Source: an uncultured Gammaproteobacteria bacterium
GTDB taxonomy: Bacteria; Patescibacteriota; Patescibacteriia; UBA9934
Assembly: GCA_964599455.1 (NCBI GenBank)
Contig: CAZREA010000002.1
Span: forward strand, 51,810 to 115,809
Length of the DNA stretch: 64,000 nucleotides
Reading direction: 5' to 3'
A program made the translations under genes and the position numbers. Under the pieces are notes generated by a model. That model saw nothing but the letters and a program-made list of their open reading frames with translations. It ran no database searches and was not told the DNA's origin. Below are positions 1 to 9,737 of this stretch, piece after piece (the stretch's first letter is position 1; each line of letters opens with the position of its first letter).

Positions 1-140
1 GCGATGAGAATTGAAAATCAAAATAGAAACCATCATCAATCGCCGGACCAATAGTACGCTTCGTATCTGGCCAAAGTTCCATAACCGCAGCAGCAAGAAG
101 ATGCGCGAGTGAGTGGCGACGATGTTCGAGTTGTTCGGAG
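1..140 (-). CDS. partial N-terminus of a threonyl-tRNA synthetase/AlaX-like protein (runs off the left edge)
   Basis: Minus-strand translation from an ATG at 138-140 gives [44 protein letters not shown]; the HxxxH plus TIGP..DGFY pattern resembles the ThrRS/AlaX editing-type second additional domain. Family call from memory of the motif only. Confidence 0.35.
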
Positions 141-460
141 GACATAGAGTAGGAGACAGACCCTGACGATAGGAAGGGTCTAACAGATTATGATAAAGAA
201 TTTTTCTTGATCCTTCCTCACGTCAGGATCTTCACGAACAAAAACCCGGCACACAGAATCACTCCTTGATTCCATGGCCGGGGTCCTGGGCAGGACGGTT
301 CCACCCGGTTTATTCAATCCGTTTTCTCTCGGACTCAATCACTTTTCTGTACGAATCCCTCGATTTAGAGGAAAAAACGCTCGCACGACACGATCTGCTC
401 GCGGGTTGGTAGTCCGGTCACTGCAGAATATTCCTATAATGGAAAAGAATTGTTTACTCG

Positions 461-1636
461 TCAAGTGCCACTCTCGGGGACCTCGATCACGACATCAATG
501 TGATCGGACAGAGTTGGCATACGCTTCAGCCAAAACGGCGTAAAGGTGATGGAGACGTTTTCGATAGCATCAGAGGATTGCAACAGTGTATAGACCTCAT
601 TCGGCGCCCGACCAAGAAAACGATCTTTTGCAAGAGTGGGTGCATCTTGGGAGATAATGGCCGTACCATCAAGATACACACTCACCACTGCTGTACCTTT
701 TTGCGTATCGATGCTTTCAACGGTCATTTGTGTACCATCGGTGTTTAATGCATGCAAGGCAAATCCTTCAGGCAAGCGTTTGCGCAAAAGGGTTTCAGCA
801 TACGCTTTGACCATGTTTTTATCGAAATAGACGGCAGAGATATCTCCCTTAAGCGTCAGCGCAAACGCACCGGTTTCAGTGCCTACCGCTACATCTGTTG
901 TCTTATTGATTACCTCGATAGCATACACGCCTTGCTCGGCTAAACTCGCATCGAGTCCTTGCGATAACGACGTCTTTGCACTTGCGAGCAAGTCAGCTTG
1001 CAACGTTGTCGTTGCGTCCGCAATATCCTGCTCGGTGAGTGTGCGAATATATTGCACGCCGCCAGTCATAGCATCGGTTGAGACGCCGTAAATTTTATCT
1101 TGGAGCGATGCTGCTAATCCAGGAATAGTGAATGAAGAAGCGCCAATATTACCCGAGGCTCCAACCACATCTGCCTGCGCATACACTTGGACCTGGCCCT
1201 GCGCTGGAACCGACGTGGTATCGCGAATACGGAATAAAGTCCCCTCCTTCGAAAGAAGGCGGGTAGTCGCCACAAGCGGCTGAGCGGCATTCGTATTATT
1301 AATAAGCGTTACATAGCCACCAGCCTTAGCTTCAACAGCGCGGGCACCTTCTTGCGGCAAGGTAAAGACTTTGCTTTTTTCCAACGTCGTTTCCCGGACC
1401 ATGCCCGCGATTTGTCCTTCGTCCAGCGGATCGGCTACGACATCGACACTTGCAGTGGCGGTGACGATTTTTGGATGAGCAGTCACGGTAATGGTGGCAC
1501 GAGAAACCGAAAGATACACCACCGCCAACAACATCAGAAACGTAATACCCACAAAACCCACGGCAATGCGCTGATAGACACGAAGTGAACGCGACAATGG
1601 CTGATGCGTTGCCGCTAAACGTTCTCCCTTGGTCAT
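461..1636 (-). CDS. hypothetical membrane-anchored protein
   Basis: 391-aa ORF with a single N-terminal TM segment (ITFLMLLAVVYLSV) followed by a long Thr/Ala/Gly-rich extracytoplasmic region; no recognisable catalytic motif. Confidence 0.5.
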   Translation of the reverse strand: MTKGERLAATHQPLSRSLRVYQRIAVGFVGITFLMLLAVVYLSVSRATITVTAHPKIVTATASVDVVADPLDEGQIAGMVRETTLEKSKVFTLPQEGARAVEAKAGGYVTLINNTNAAQPLVATTRLLSKEGTLFRIRDTTSVPAQGQVQVYAQADVVGASGNIGASSFTIPGLAASLQDKIYGVSTDAMTGGVQYIRTLTEQDIADATTTLQADLLASAKTSLSQGLDASLAEQGVYAIEVINKTTDVAVGTETGAFALTLKGDISAVYFDKNMVKAYAETLLRKRLPEGFALHALNTDGTQMTVESIDTQKGTAVVSVYLDGTAIISQDAPTLAKDRFLGRAPNEVYTLLQSSDAIENVSITFTPFWLKRMPTLSDHIDVVIEVPESGT

Positions 1637-1689
1637 AGATATGAGTAGTATAGCACTAAGAGGCGGGCTAGTGGGGCAAGGTGACCATA

Positions 1690-2868
1690 CTATTTATTAC
1701 TCTTTCGATCAGCCTCATATTGTTTATCAACTTTTTCTTGAATTTTCTTCATCCAGCCACTTCCGTATACTCTCGTCATTTCCTTATTTAACGCACGAAA
1801 CGCAGGAAGCTTTGAACCGTCGACAGGCTTTTCATTCATCTCTTCAAAATATGCATCCAAGAAAAGCTTAAAAGGGATGCCTTTACTTAAGGCGTCGTCC
1901 AGAACCGTCTGTTCATATTTATACGCATTAATCTCGTTTCCCCCTGATGTTAGTTGGGCGATTCTTTCAGTTATTGCCTCATCCAACCACAGACCTTTTG
2001 TAATACTCTTCTTTTTTGCTTCAAATCGAAGACCTAACTTTCTTCTCTCATAAAAAACTTTCTCATTATCCGAAATCTCCCCCTTCTGAATAATAGTTCC
2101 AGAAAGATAGTGGGAAATTTCATGAAAAACCGTTTCTTTAAGATCCTGATCTCCAATAGCATTTTCCAGATCTATGCCAATAGCGGATGATCCTTCATGA
2201 ATAATTCCTCTAGCCTCCACATCGTAAAGACGGTCCGCCGCAAAAAAAGATAAACGTTTTATACGCTCTTCCAGCTTAGGATTCCAATCCATTTTCTGTT
2301 CCTCAAAAAGTTTTTTGAGCCGATCACAAAATTCATCTCGATATTTTTCAATCTTTTCTCTATTTTCAAGAAAAAGTTTCTCTTGATATCGTTTCCGTTG
2401 ATCTAAAATGGCCCACAATGTAGCAGTAGGAACATTATTCTGTGAAAAGAGGATCCAAAATTTTTCTGGGCTATCAGGAAAAGGTTCTAAAGTACCAACC
2501 CATGTCTGCTGAACCATTTCATCTTTCAATGCGGTCTGTAGTGCGATAGCGGCTTGGAATTGCATGTCTAAAGATTCTTGTCTTTTCGCAAAAAGCTCCC
2601 CGAAAGGAAGACGTGCCATGACGGCATACTGTCTTCGCAGAGAAAGAAGCTCGCTCTTCACCTCATTTTGATTCTTTTCTCCGCTTAAAATCTTCTCTTC
2701 AAGTTCTTTTATTCTTTTGGATAATCTTTCCAAACTTATAAGATGACGAGCTTTCCAATTTCCATATGTTTCACGCACAAATTTTGTAGTCTTTTCTCCA
2801 TCCTGAAGATATTGCTCATTATCCTGAGAAACAAATTCCGGATGCTGGCCCATTCTTTCAAAAGACAT
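1690..2868 (-). CDS. hypothetical protein with an HExxH zinc-metallopeptidase-like motif
   Basis: 392-aa ORF, Lys/Glu-rich with coiled-coil character, containing HEISHYLSG (HExxH); no signal peptide. Family not recognised. Confidence 0.45.
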   Translation of the reverse strand: MSFERMGQHPEFVSQDNEQYLQDGEKTTKFVRETYGNWKARHLISLERLSKRIKELEEKILSGEKNQNEVKSELLSLRRQYAVMARLPFGELFAKRQESLDMQFQAAIALQTALKDEMVQQTWVGTLEPFPDSPEKFWILFSQNNVPTATLWAILDQRKRYQEKLFLENREKIEKYRDEFCDRLKKLFEEQKMDWNPKLEERIKRLSFFAADRLYDVEARGIIHEGSSAIGIDLENAIGDQDLKETVFHEISHYLSGTIIQKGEISDNEKVFYERRKLGLRFEAKKKSITKGLWLDEAITERIAQLTSGGNEINAYKYEQTVLDDALSKGIPFKLFLDAYFEEMNEKPVDGSKLPAFRALNKEMTRVYGSGWMKKIQEKVDKQYEADRKSNK

Positions 2869-2875
2869 ATGATAA

Positions 2876-5800
2876 CTATTTTACCTTCACATTCTCACCC
2901 CCCACTAACACTCCTAATGACTGCACCAACGTTTCCGATGGCTTTACTTGATATTCGGTCGCGATACGACGGATGCCGTTGTCAGTGCTAACTTCTAAAT
3001 AGACACGCGAAGAGCCAGGGTATTTACGCAATAATTCACGTACTTGTACGATAAATGCGTTTGGTGGCTTTGGTGGCAAGCAAAGGGTGATCTCTTGCAT
3101 CAGGACACGCATCTCGGGTGATGCCGAAGGTTTCGGCGTTCTCGTCGAGTTTTGTGGAATAACGCCTTCATCTCCCTCGGGCCAAGCACCGCCTCGTAAT
3201 GTTTCTTCAAGACGAGGAATATCCTTTTCTTCAAAAAATACCAAACTATCGCCCAGGAGTGATCGCTCTTCAATATCCTCCTCACCACTTTCATTTGTTA
3301 CAGTCCGCGTGCGCAACGAGACTTTTCCGCTTAGCAGCACACTGCCACCTTCTATCAGCATGGGGCGATATTTTGTATATACTTTGGGAAAAAGAACAAC
3401 TTCAATAGCACCCGTTGGATCTTCGATGCGTGTAAAAGCCATGGGTTCATTTTTTTTCTTGGTATAAATTTGCTTGACTGTTGCAAGTGTTCCCGCAATG
3501 CGTACCACCGTTCCATCCGCAATCTCGTTGAGTGCCTTAATGGAAAAAATGCCCGCGCGTACAAAGCCATCGTGAAAAATCACCGCCGGATGCGACGACA
3601 CATACAATCCCAATAACTCCTTTTCCCAACCTAAAATGACACTCTTCGTTGTCGGCGGAACAATAGCAAGTTCAAGCTTACGCTGCTGCATTTCCCCACC
3701 CAGATCAAACAATGAAGACTGATTTCTTTCCTTTTCTTGCTGAACTTGTTTATTGAATTGAACGAGTTGCTCCAAATTTCCAAACAATTGTCCTCGATCA
3801 CCAAAACGATCGAGCGCTCCACAACGAATTAAGGCTTCAACCGTTTTCTTATTGAACGCATGCGATTTAATGCGTCCCAAAAAATCAGCCAAATCAAGAA
3901 AAGCTCCGCCGCGTTTGCGTTCACGTACCAATTCTTCGGCGATTTCTTCTCCCACGTTTTTAATGGCCATGAGTCCCCAACGCACATTCTTTGTTCCCTT
4001 CACCACGGCAAACCCAGCAAAGGATTCGTTCACATCCGGCGGCAACACCGTCAAACCGATACGTGAACACTCTTCAACTTCAATGGTGATACGATCAATG
4101 TTTCCCGCGTCAGAGTTGAGAAGCGCTGCCATGAAACATTCGGGATAGTATGCTTTGAGATATGCCGTTTGATAGGCAATCATGGCATAACAGGCGGCGT
4201 GTGATTTATTAAATCCGTATGCGGCAAAATCTTCCAGCTTTTGAAAAATCTTCTCTCCTACCTCTTGCTTCACGCCGTTTTTTACCGCACCTTCCACAAA
4301 CTTTACTTTCATCTTCGCCATGAGTTCTGCAATTTTCTTACCCATGGCTTTGCGCAAACTATCCGCTTCACCAGCGGTAAAACCAGCCAGATCTTTGGAA
4401 ACTTGCATGACTTGCTCCTGATACACCGGAATACCGTACGTTTCTTTAAACGCATTTTCCATGAGCGGATGTTCGTACGAAACCCGCTCGATACCATGCT
4501 TGCGCCGAATAAAACTTTCAATAAACTGCATCGGGCCCGGTCGATACAACGACACCATGGCGATAATATCTTCAAACATACTCGGTTGAAGATCGCGGAT
4601 ATACCGTTTCATGCCATCAGATTCAAGCTGGAACACTCCCGTGGTATCACCTCGTCCTAAAAGTTCGAATGTTGCTTTGTCATCAAGCGGAATGGCCTTC
4701 ATGTCGATTTCGACGCCATGTACAGCCCGGATAATTTCGAGTGTATCTTCAATAATAGTTAGGTTGGATAAACCCAAAAAGTCCATCTTCACGAGTCCAG
4801 CTGCTTCAGCAGAATTCAGCGAGTACTGCGTTACAAGCGCCATGTCATCATGCTGACCCGCTTGTAATGGCACGCGCTCAACAAGCGGACGATCACCAAT
4901 CACAATGCCACACGCATGTTGCGATGCGTGACGAGGATTGCCCTCAATCTTCATGGCCAAATCAAGCACGCGGCGGGCCATGGGATTGCTGTCGTACATT
5001 ACCTTTAAATCAGGGGATTCTTCGACCGCAATTTTGAGTGGTGTATGTTTTCCTTGGTTAGGCGGGGGAACGCCCTTCGCGATTTCATCAGCTTCTTGAA
5101 AAGTAAGACCAAGCACGCGTGCTGCATCACGCACCGCAGCGCGCGGCATCATTGTTCCAAAGGTAATGATGCCCGCCACCCGATCGGTTCCATATTTATG
5201 TGTAATATATTCCAAAACCTTGCCACGACCACGATCAGCAAAGTCCGTATCAATATCCGGCATTGACACACGATCAGGATTTAAAAAACGCTCAAACAGC
5301 AAGCCGTAGCGCAATGGTTCAATATCCGTGATACGCAAGGCATAGGCAACGATCGACCCAGCCGCTGATCCACGTCCTGGTCCCACAAGTACGCCATGAT
5401 CTTTTGCCCAGGTGATGTAATCCTGCACGATCAAAAAGTACGAAGAAAATCCCATGCGCACAATCGTTCCATATTCAAACTCCAACCGCTCCATGACTTC
5501 GGTAGGAATCGGATCACCATACCGTTCTTTAAGTCCTGTAATACACAATTCTCGTAACACCTCATTATCCGTCTTCCCTTCTGGCAAAGGGAAAATAGGT
5601 AAAAAATTCTTTCCCAATTCCAATTCGAAATTAATACGATTAGCGATGCGTTTTGTGTTCTCTAACGCTTCAGGAACATCCGCAAACGCCTCCATAATTT
5701 CTTCAGCTGTACCAAATGACAAATCAACTTCGTCGGTACTGGTGCGACGGAATTCTTCAAGGGTACGTCCGCGCTGAATACAGAGCTGGGCATCATATCC

Positions 5801-6457
5801 TTCACGGTCTTCAGGATCGAGATAGAAAATATTCTTTGTTGCCACCAGCGGCACCTCAAGTTCTTTTGCAAATCGACGAAAGGCATCATTCACATCCACT
5901 TGTCGTGGCATGTCTGGGTGATGAATGAGTTCTAAGAAAAAATTCTCTTTACCAAAAATATCTTGATATTCAGCAATGAGTGTTTTTGCTTTTTCATTAT
6001 CACCATTCACAATCGCGGTCGGGATTTCGCCGCCCACACTTCCGGTCAGCGCAATCAAACCCTTAGCGTGTAATCGCAAAAATGCCTTATCGACACGCGG
6101 CTTGTAATAGAAACCTTCCAAAAATGCCGCCGTCACGATGCGCGACAAATTGCGATATCCCTCCTCATTTTCGATCAACAACATGAGGCGATACGGCCGA
6201 TCATCCACGCGCGCACGCTTGTCAGTCATGCCGTGTTGCGCGACATAAATATCGCAGCCAAGAATCGGCTTGATATCGTTTTCTTTACACGCTTTGAAAA
6301 ATTCAACCGCACCGTACATGTTGCCATTATCGGTAAGTGCAAGCGAACTCATGCCCAATTCTTTTGCACGTTTTACCAAAGCCTTTGGCTTTGGTAGCGC
6401 CTCAAGAAGCGAGTAGTGAGAGTGATTGTGCAAATACACGAAATCCTTGGGATCCAT
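2876..6457 (-). CDS. dnaE: DNA polymerase III alpha subunit
   Basis: 1193 aa; N-terminal PHP domain (LHNHSHYSLLEA..LALTDNGNMYGAVEF), polymerase core and OB-fold, and overall length typical of DnaE. Confidence 0.95.
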   Translation of the reverse strand: MDPKDFVYLHNHSHYSLLEALPKPKALVKRAKELGMSSLALTDNGNMYGAVEFFKACKENDIKPILGCDIYVAQHGMTDKRARVDDRPYRLMLLIENEEGYRNLSRIVTAAFLEGFYYKPRVDKAFLRLHAKGLIALTGSVGGEIPTAIVNGDNEKAKTLIAEYQDIFGKENFFLELIHHPDMPRQVDVNDAFRRFAKELEVPLVATKNIFYLDPEDREGYDAQLCIQRGRTLEEFRRTSTDEVDLSFGTAEEIMEAFADVPEALENTKRIANRINFELELGKNFLPIFPLPEGKTDNEVLRELCITGLKERYGDPIPTEVMERLEFEYGTIVRMGFSSYFLIVQDYITWAKDHGVLVGPGRGSAAGSIVAYALRITDIEPLRYGLLFERFLNPDRVSMPDIDTDFADRGRGKVLEYITHKYGTDRVAGIITFGTMMPRAAVRDAARVLGLTFQEADEIAKGVPPPNQGKHTPLKIAVEESPDLKVMYDSNPMARRVLDLAMKIEGNPRHASQHACGIVIGDRPLVERVPLQAGQHDDMALVTQYSLNSAEAAGLVKMDFLGLSNLTIIEDTLEIIRAVHGVEIDMKAIPLDDKATFELLGRGDTTGVFQLESDGMKRYIRDLQPSMFEDIIAMVSLYRPGPMQFIESFIRRKHGIERVSYEHPLMENAFKETYGIPVYQEQVMQVSKDLAGFTAGEADSLRKAMGKKIAELMAKMKVKFVEGAVKNGVKQEVGEKIFQKLEDFAAYGFNKSHAACYAMIAYQTAYLKAYYPECFMAALLNSDAGNIDRITIEVEECSRIGLTVLPPDVNESFAGFAVVKGTKNVRWGLMAIKNVGEEIAEELVRERKRGGAFLDLADFLGRIKSHAFNKKTVEALIRCGALDRFGDRGQLFGNLEQLVQFNKQVQQEKERNQSSLFDLGGEMQQRKLELAIVPPTTKSVILGWEKELLGLYVSSHPAVIFHDGFVRAGIFSIKALNEIADGTVVRIAGTLATVKQIYTKKKNEPMAFTRIEDPTGAIEVVLFPKVYTKYRPMLIEGGSVLLSGKVSLRTRTVTNESGEEDIEERSLLGDSLVFFEEKDIPRLEETLRGGAWPEGDEGVIPQNSTRTPKPSASPEMRVLMQEITLCLPPKPPNAFIVQVRELLRKYPGSSRVYLEVSTDNGIRRIATEYQVKPSETLVQSLGVLVGGENVKVK

Positions 6458-6669
6458 AGGCGAAAATCAAAAGAAGAGTAACAGAGATTACCGCTTCTTG
6501 CATCCACAGAAAGTCCACAACGCACGTTGACAATAAAAGGCAATTTTGATGGAATAGAAATAACCTCGCGAAGCTCCGCTTCCTGTGGGTGGTACAAAAT
6601 CAACTCCCCAACAGTTCCTCATCTTTTGAGGTATCTGGGGGGTTATTTTGTTATATATCCCGAGAGTAT

Positions 6670-6745
6670 GGGTCAGTAGAGGTAACGGCAGCCTCGGCGA
6701 GGTTACCACCCGCAGGTGCGAGTTCGATTCTCGTCTGATCCACCA
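6670..6745 (+). tRNA. tRNA with encoded CCA, anticodon probably UAC (Val)
   Basis: 7-bp acceptor stem gggtcag/ctgatcc, 4-bp D-stem gagg/cctc, canonical T-arm gcgag-TTCGATT-ctcgt, discriminator A and CCA at 6743-6745. The anticodon stem has one A-C mismatch and the loop is gTTACCa, so isotype is uncertain. Confidence 0.6.
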
Positions 6746-6774
6746 ACAAGTTAAAAGCTTGCTCTCAGGACCAA

Positions 6775-6815
6775 AAAATCCCCTCATCACATACCGTGAG
6801 GGGATTTTGTATTGT
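6775..6815 (+). terminator. rho-independent terminator after the tRNA
   Basis: Hairpin atcccctca...tgaggggat followed by TTTTGTATTG. Confidence 0.6.
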
Positions 6816-6889
6816 GCAAAAAATTTCTTTTCTGTTAGGGTGAGAAAGGCTGTATTCAAAATCTCCATCTTCAACACGAGGAGAGAAAG

Positions 6890-7495
6890 ATGAAATACAT
6901 CATCACCGCTTTGCTCCTCGTCGTTCTCGGCTGCGGCCGGAATAAAGAGGAGGAGCAGTGCTCCGAGGTGAACATTTCGGAGTTCCCCGAGGATGACGAT
7001 CCTCGCTGGAGTATGCAGGGAGTATGGCTCACCAAGGCCGATCCGTTTCGTCGTCGCGTAGAGTGCGCGGAGCTCCCAGCCTTCGGGGTATACGCGACCA
7101 AACCGGGAGATCACCAGATCGACGAAATCCAAGTCGTAATTGTAGATTATTACGATCAAACTTGGATCGAAAGTCTTCCTGATGCCGGTCTATCAATCAC
7201 CGTCAACGGCGAACGGATCGGAACGTTCGACCCAGCAGGATTCGGGTCGAATACGTACGGCCTCGGAGCCGAGTGGGATGTCGTCATTTCGGACCTCGAC
7301 ATCTTCGTCAGCCCCGAAAGCCCTGTCACGTTCCAGTTTGTCCTGGTGGCGTGGCAGAACGAAGAGATTCTCGCCGGAATCGAGGATCTCTGGGATAAAG
7401 AAAAAGACAAGCTACAGATTTCTGCGATCGCGGCCGGTTACGGCTGCTGTTACGGCGGGCAAAGTAGAGCAATGTATCTCATCCCGCCCGACTAG
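6890..7495 (+). CDS. GC-rich hypothetical lipoprotein
   Basis: 201 aa; Shine-Dalgarno AGGAGAG upstream; signal peptide with lipobox LLVVLGC-G; about 60% GC against an AT-richer flank; sits directly downstream of a tRNA. Confidence 0.6.
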   Translation: MKYIITALLLVVLGCGRNKEEEQCSEVNISEFPEDDDPRWSMQGVWLTKADPFRRRVECAELPAFGVYATKPGDHQIDEIQVVIVDYYDQTWIESLPDAGLSITVNGERIGTFDPAGFGSNTYGLGAEWDVVISDLDIFVSPESPVTFQFVLVAWQNEEILAGIEDLWDKEKDKLQISAIAAGYGCCYGGQSRAMYLIPPD

Positions 7496-7519
7496 AGGAA
7501 GCTCGCACCCATTTGCCAG

Positions 7520-7566
7520 AGACCCACCCGTGGTCCCCGGCTCCGGGTGCGTTTCTGTTTTTACAA
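7520..7566 (+). terminator. GC-rich hairpin plus T-run, terminator-like
   Basis: cacccg...cgggtg stem followed by cgTTTcTGTTTTT; a near-identical 3' half recurs at 25940-25988. Confidence 0.45.
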
Positions 7567-7587
7567 TGTGCTAACCTATCAAAATCT

Positions 7588-8142
7588 ATGCCAACCATCA
7601 CTCTTGTCAGCTCTAATCCGCAAAAAGTCATCGAAGCACAGAGCATCCTTATCGGAACTGATATCGTCGCTCAAGGACTTGATCTTCCCGAGATTCAATC
7701 ATTCAATCTTGAAGAAATTGTTCGCGCAAAAGCCGAGGCGGCGTATCAGCAATTACAGTCACCCGTTTTGGTAGATGATGTCGCTATGGACATTTCGGTA
7801 TTAAAAGGATTTCCCGGACCATTTGTAAAATTTTGGGAGAAAAATGTGGGATATGATTTAGCAGTCGATATTGGGGGAAAATTTGAAGATCATCGCGCAG
7901 TCGTCCGATGTGGAGTGGGGTATGCAGATGGATCGAACATACTTTATACCGAAGGAATAATTGCCGGACAGCTTGTTGCTCGTCGGAATGGAGAAGGGTT
8001 TGGCTTTGATTTTTATTTTATTCCCGATGGTTATAATCAAACATTCGGTGAAATGGGACGAGAAGCAAAGAACAAAATCTCGCATCGGTATCTTGCTTTT
8101 GCGGCAATGAAAACAAAACTAAAAGAAAACGGCATTGTGTAA
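7588..8142 (+). CDS. rdgB: non-canonical purine NTP pyrophosphatase (RdgB/Ham1 ITPase family)
   Basis: The ORF track starts at 7513, but the internal ATG at 7588 gives MPTITLVSSNPQKV (ITLATGNKGK-like N-terminus); FGFDFYFIPDGYNQTFGEM and KNKISHR motifs are typical of Ham1/RdgB. Confidence 0.85.
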   Translation: MPTITLVSSNPQKVIEAQSILIGTDIVAQGLDLPEIQSFNLEEIVRAKAEAAYQQLQSPVLVDDVAMDISVLKGFPGPFVKFWEKNVGYDLAVDIGGKFEDHRAVVRCGVGYADGSNILYTEGIIAGQLVARRNGEGFGFDFYFIPDGYNQTFGEMGREAKNKISHRYLAFAAMKTKLKENGIV

Positions 8143-8179
8143 TTATATTTTGAAAATATTTTCAATATAAGCGCGGCCA

Positions 8180-8803
8180 TTACTGGCCGCACGAAACGAA
8201 GACGCCTCGGCCCGAGAAGCAATCAAGAAATCGCTTCCAGGGAATATAGGCATGTGACTGGGTGTTGAGACTAGTGAAACCAGTTGAGTTGTGAAGAATG
8301 ACACCAGCCTCATCTTCATGCTCGTAATACCCGTAGACAAGGACAAGATGACCATTCCGGCTTTGTGGCGGATCACCATCGCGATAGCGAATCTGCGGTG
8401 ACACCGAAGCGATGAGAAATTCGTCGTTGTTCACGGCGGTTTGGATATCGCTCTGCACGATCTCTTTCGCAGTACGTGCTGGACGAGCGATTTGCGTTGA
8501 GACAAACTCGGCGAGCTCGTGATGATACGCACCGATAATGCGACCATCAGTCTTCCGATACACGTCCTTCTGGGTTGCACTTTCGTAGAGATCAGTGAGA
8601 GAAGGTGGTTGAAGTTCGAGGCTCAGTGCCATCATGCGCAGGCAACACATGCCGCACCAATTCCCTTCTGGCAATTGCCAATTTCCATCCTTCCAGTCAA
8701 AAATCCACTGCTCAATGTTTTCCTTTGGTTCGATTTGCGGAACGTAGTATTGGCGAGGATGCTGCCGCATCGGTGAGACGAGGATTTCCATGTTGTTCTC
8801 CAT
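8180..8803 (-). CDS. C39-like (papain-fold) cysteine peptidase domain protein
   Basis: NWCGMCCLRMMALSL (Cys motif) and GHLVLVYGY (His motif) resemble the Peptidase_C39_2 family. Start uncertain: ATG candidates overlap the upstream TrmB-like ORF, so a non-ATG start is possible. Confidence 0.45.
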   Translation of the reverse strand: MENNMEILVSPMRQHPRQYYVPQIEPKENIEQWIFDWKDGNWQLPEGNWCGMCCLRMMALSLELQPPSLTDLYESATQKDVYRKTDGRIIGAYHHELAEFVSTQIARPARTAKEIVQSDIQTAVNNDEFLIASVSPQIRYRDGDPPQSRNGHLVLVYGYYEHEDEAGVILHNSTGFTSLNTQSHAYIPWKRFLDCFSGRGVFVSCGQ

Positions 8804-9557
8804 GGGTATGCCAGAGTTGTTCGAAGAGCCACCGTTGGGTTTGTGCGAATGTTTTTGAAGAGACAACAAATCCCATTACTTCCCTATGAAAGTTGAGCAT
8901 CGCGACCCGATCTTCGTAGATATATGTCTCACTTTCAAAAGCATAACGATCGACGATACGAATTTGCCGCAGGTATCTCTCATCATTCTTTTGCATTTCC
9001 CGAGCACGCAGAGAATCGGTAGCAATCACGCGAATAGGAATATTCCTTCCTACGCGTTCGCGAATAAACTCGTCATGATGACGCTGATCAAAGACCCGAT
9101 CTTCTTCTTCAAAATTCGATAGCAAAAGAATTTCATCTTTGGCGTGCTCAAGAATATCCGCACTAATCCGTGCCAAACCTTCTTTTCCGGAAAAGAATTG
9201 CAAAACCGGCTTGTGCTCCTCCTGCGAATACTCCGCTAACAGATTCGGCATGACCTCTTCAATACTTTCGGCCTGGCGGCGCAAGCGACGAATATCAGTC
9301 CGCAAACGTGCAAGCACAGCCTTTGGTGGTTTCGCCCAAATCTTTTTTCGCGAACCAATCACCTCTTCCTCCATCAATCCCGCTTCTTTTAATTGCGCGA
9401 AAGCAAGGTAAGCCGACGATCGGTCCATCGCACATATTTGAGCAATTTTTCCAATCGATGCAGCTCCTATCCGGTAGCTTTCCAGATAAAAAACCGTTGC
9501 ATTAGGGCTAAGATTGAGGAGTTGTAACGCTTCTTTGAGCTCATGAAGCATGGCCAT
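8712..9557 (-). CDS. TrmB-family HTH transcriptional regulator
   Basis: N-terminal winged-helix region (NATVFYLESYRIGAASIGKIAQICAMDRSSAYLAFAQLKEAGLM) plus a C-terminal TrmB-like domain. Confidence 0.55.
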   Translation of the reverse strand: MAMLHELKEALQLLNLSPNATVFYLESYRIGAASIGKIAQICAMDRSSAYLAFAQLKEAGLMEEEVIGSRKKIWAKPPKAVLARLRTDIRRLRRQAESIEEVMPNLLAEYSQEEHKPVLQFFSGKEGLARISADILEHAKDEILLLSNFEEEDRVFDQRHHDEFIRERVGRNIPIRVIATDSLRAREMQKNDERYLRQIRIVDRYAFESETYIYEDRVAMLNFHREVMGFVVSSKTFAQTQRWLFEQLWHTHGEQHGNPRLTDAAASSPILRSANRTKGKH

Positions 9558-9680
9558 AATAAATGAGCATATCGTATAACCTAAATAAAATCCACATCTA
9601 TTGAACTAATATCGTATTTTCTTGCTTATATTAGCTATTTGTATATTTCTTCTTTTGTAGAATACTTATCTACAACATTC

Positions 9681-9695
9681 ATCCACAGTGTGGAT
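9681..9695. promoter_or_regulatory. 15-bp perfect palindrome ATCCACAGTGTGGAT in an AT-rich divergent promoter, putative operator
   Basis: Lies between the TrmB-like regulator (minus strand) and the MazG-like gene (plus strand); a TCCACA half-site also occurs about 95 bp upstream. Confidence 0.4.
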
Positions 9696-9737
9696 ATCTT
9701 CTTCCTCACTCATGTGCAAAACTAGAAAGAGCTCCTT

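Noticed and set aside
6460-6745. Possible tmRNA (ssrA) in the 430-bp ORF-free gap after dnaE, ending in a T-arm plus CCA
   Set aside because: The 3' T-arm/acceptor pairs with a 5' strand only 76 nt upstream, giving a compact cloverleaf. No tmRNA-like 5' GGGG start, tag reading frame or pseudoknot region was evident. Called a tRNA instead.
6488-7159. 223-aa minus-strand ORF
   Set aside because: It overlaps the tRNA and is antisense to the lipoprotein gene, which has a Shine-Dalgarno and a lipobox. It is a compositional artefact of the GC-rich region.
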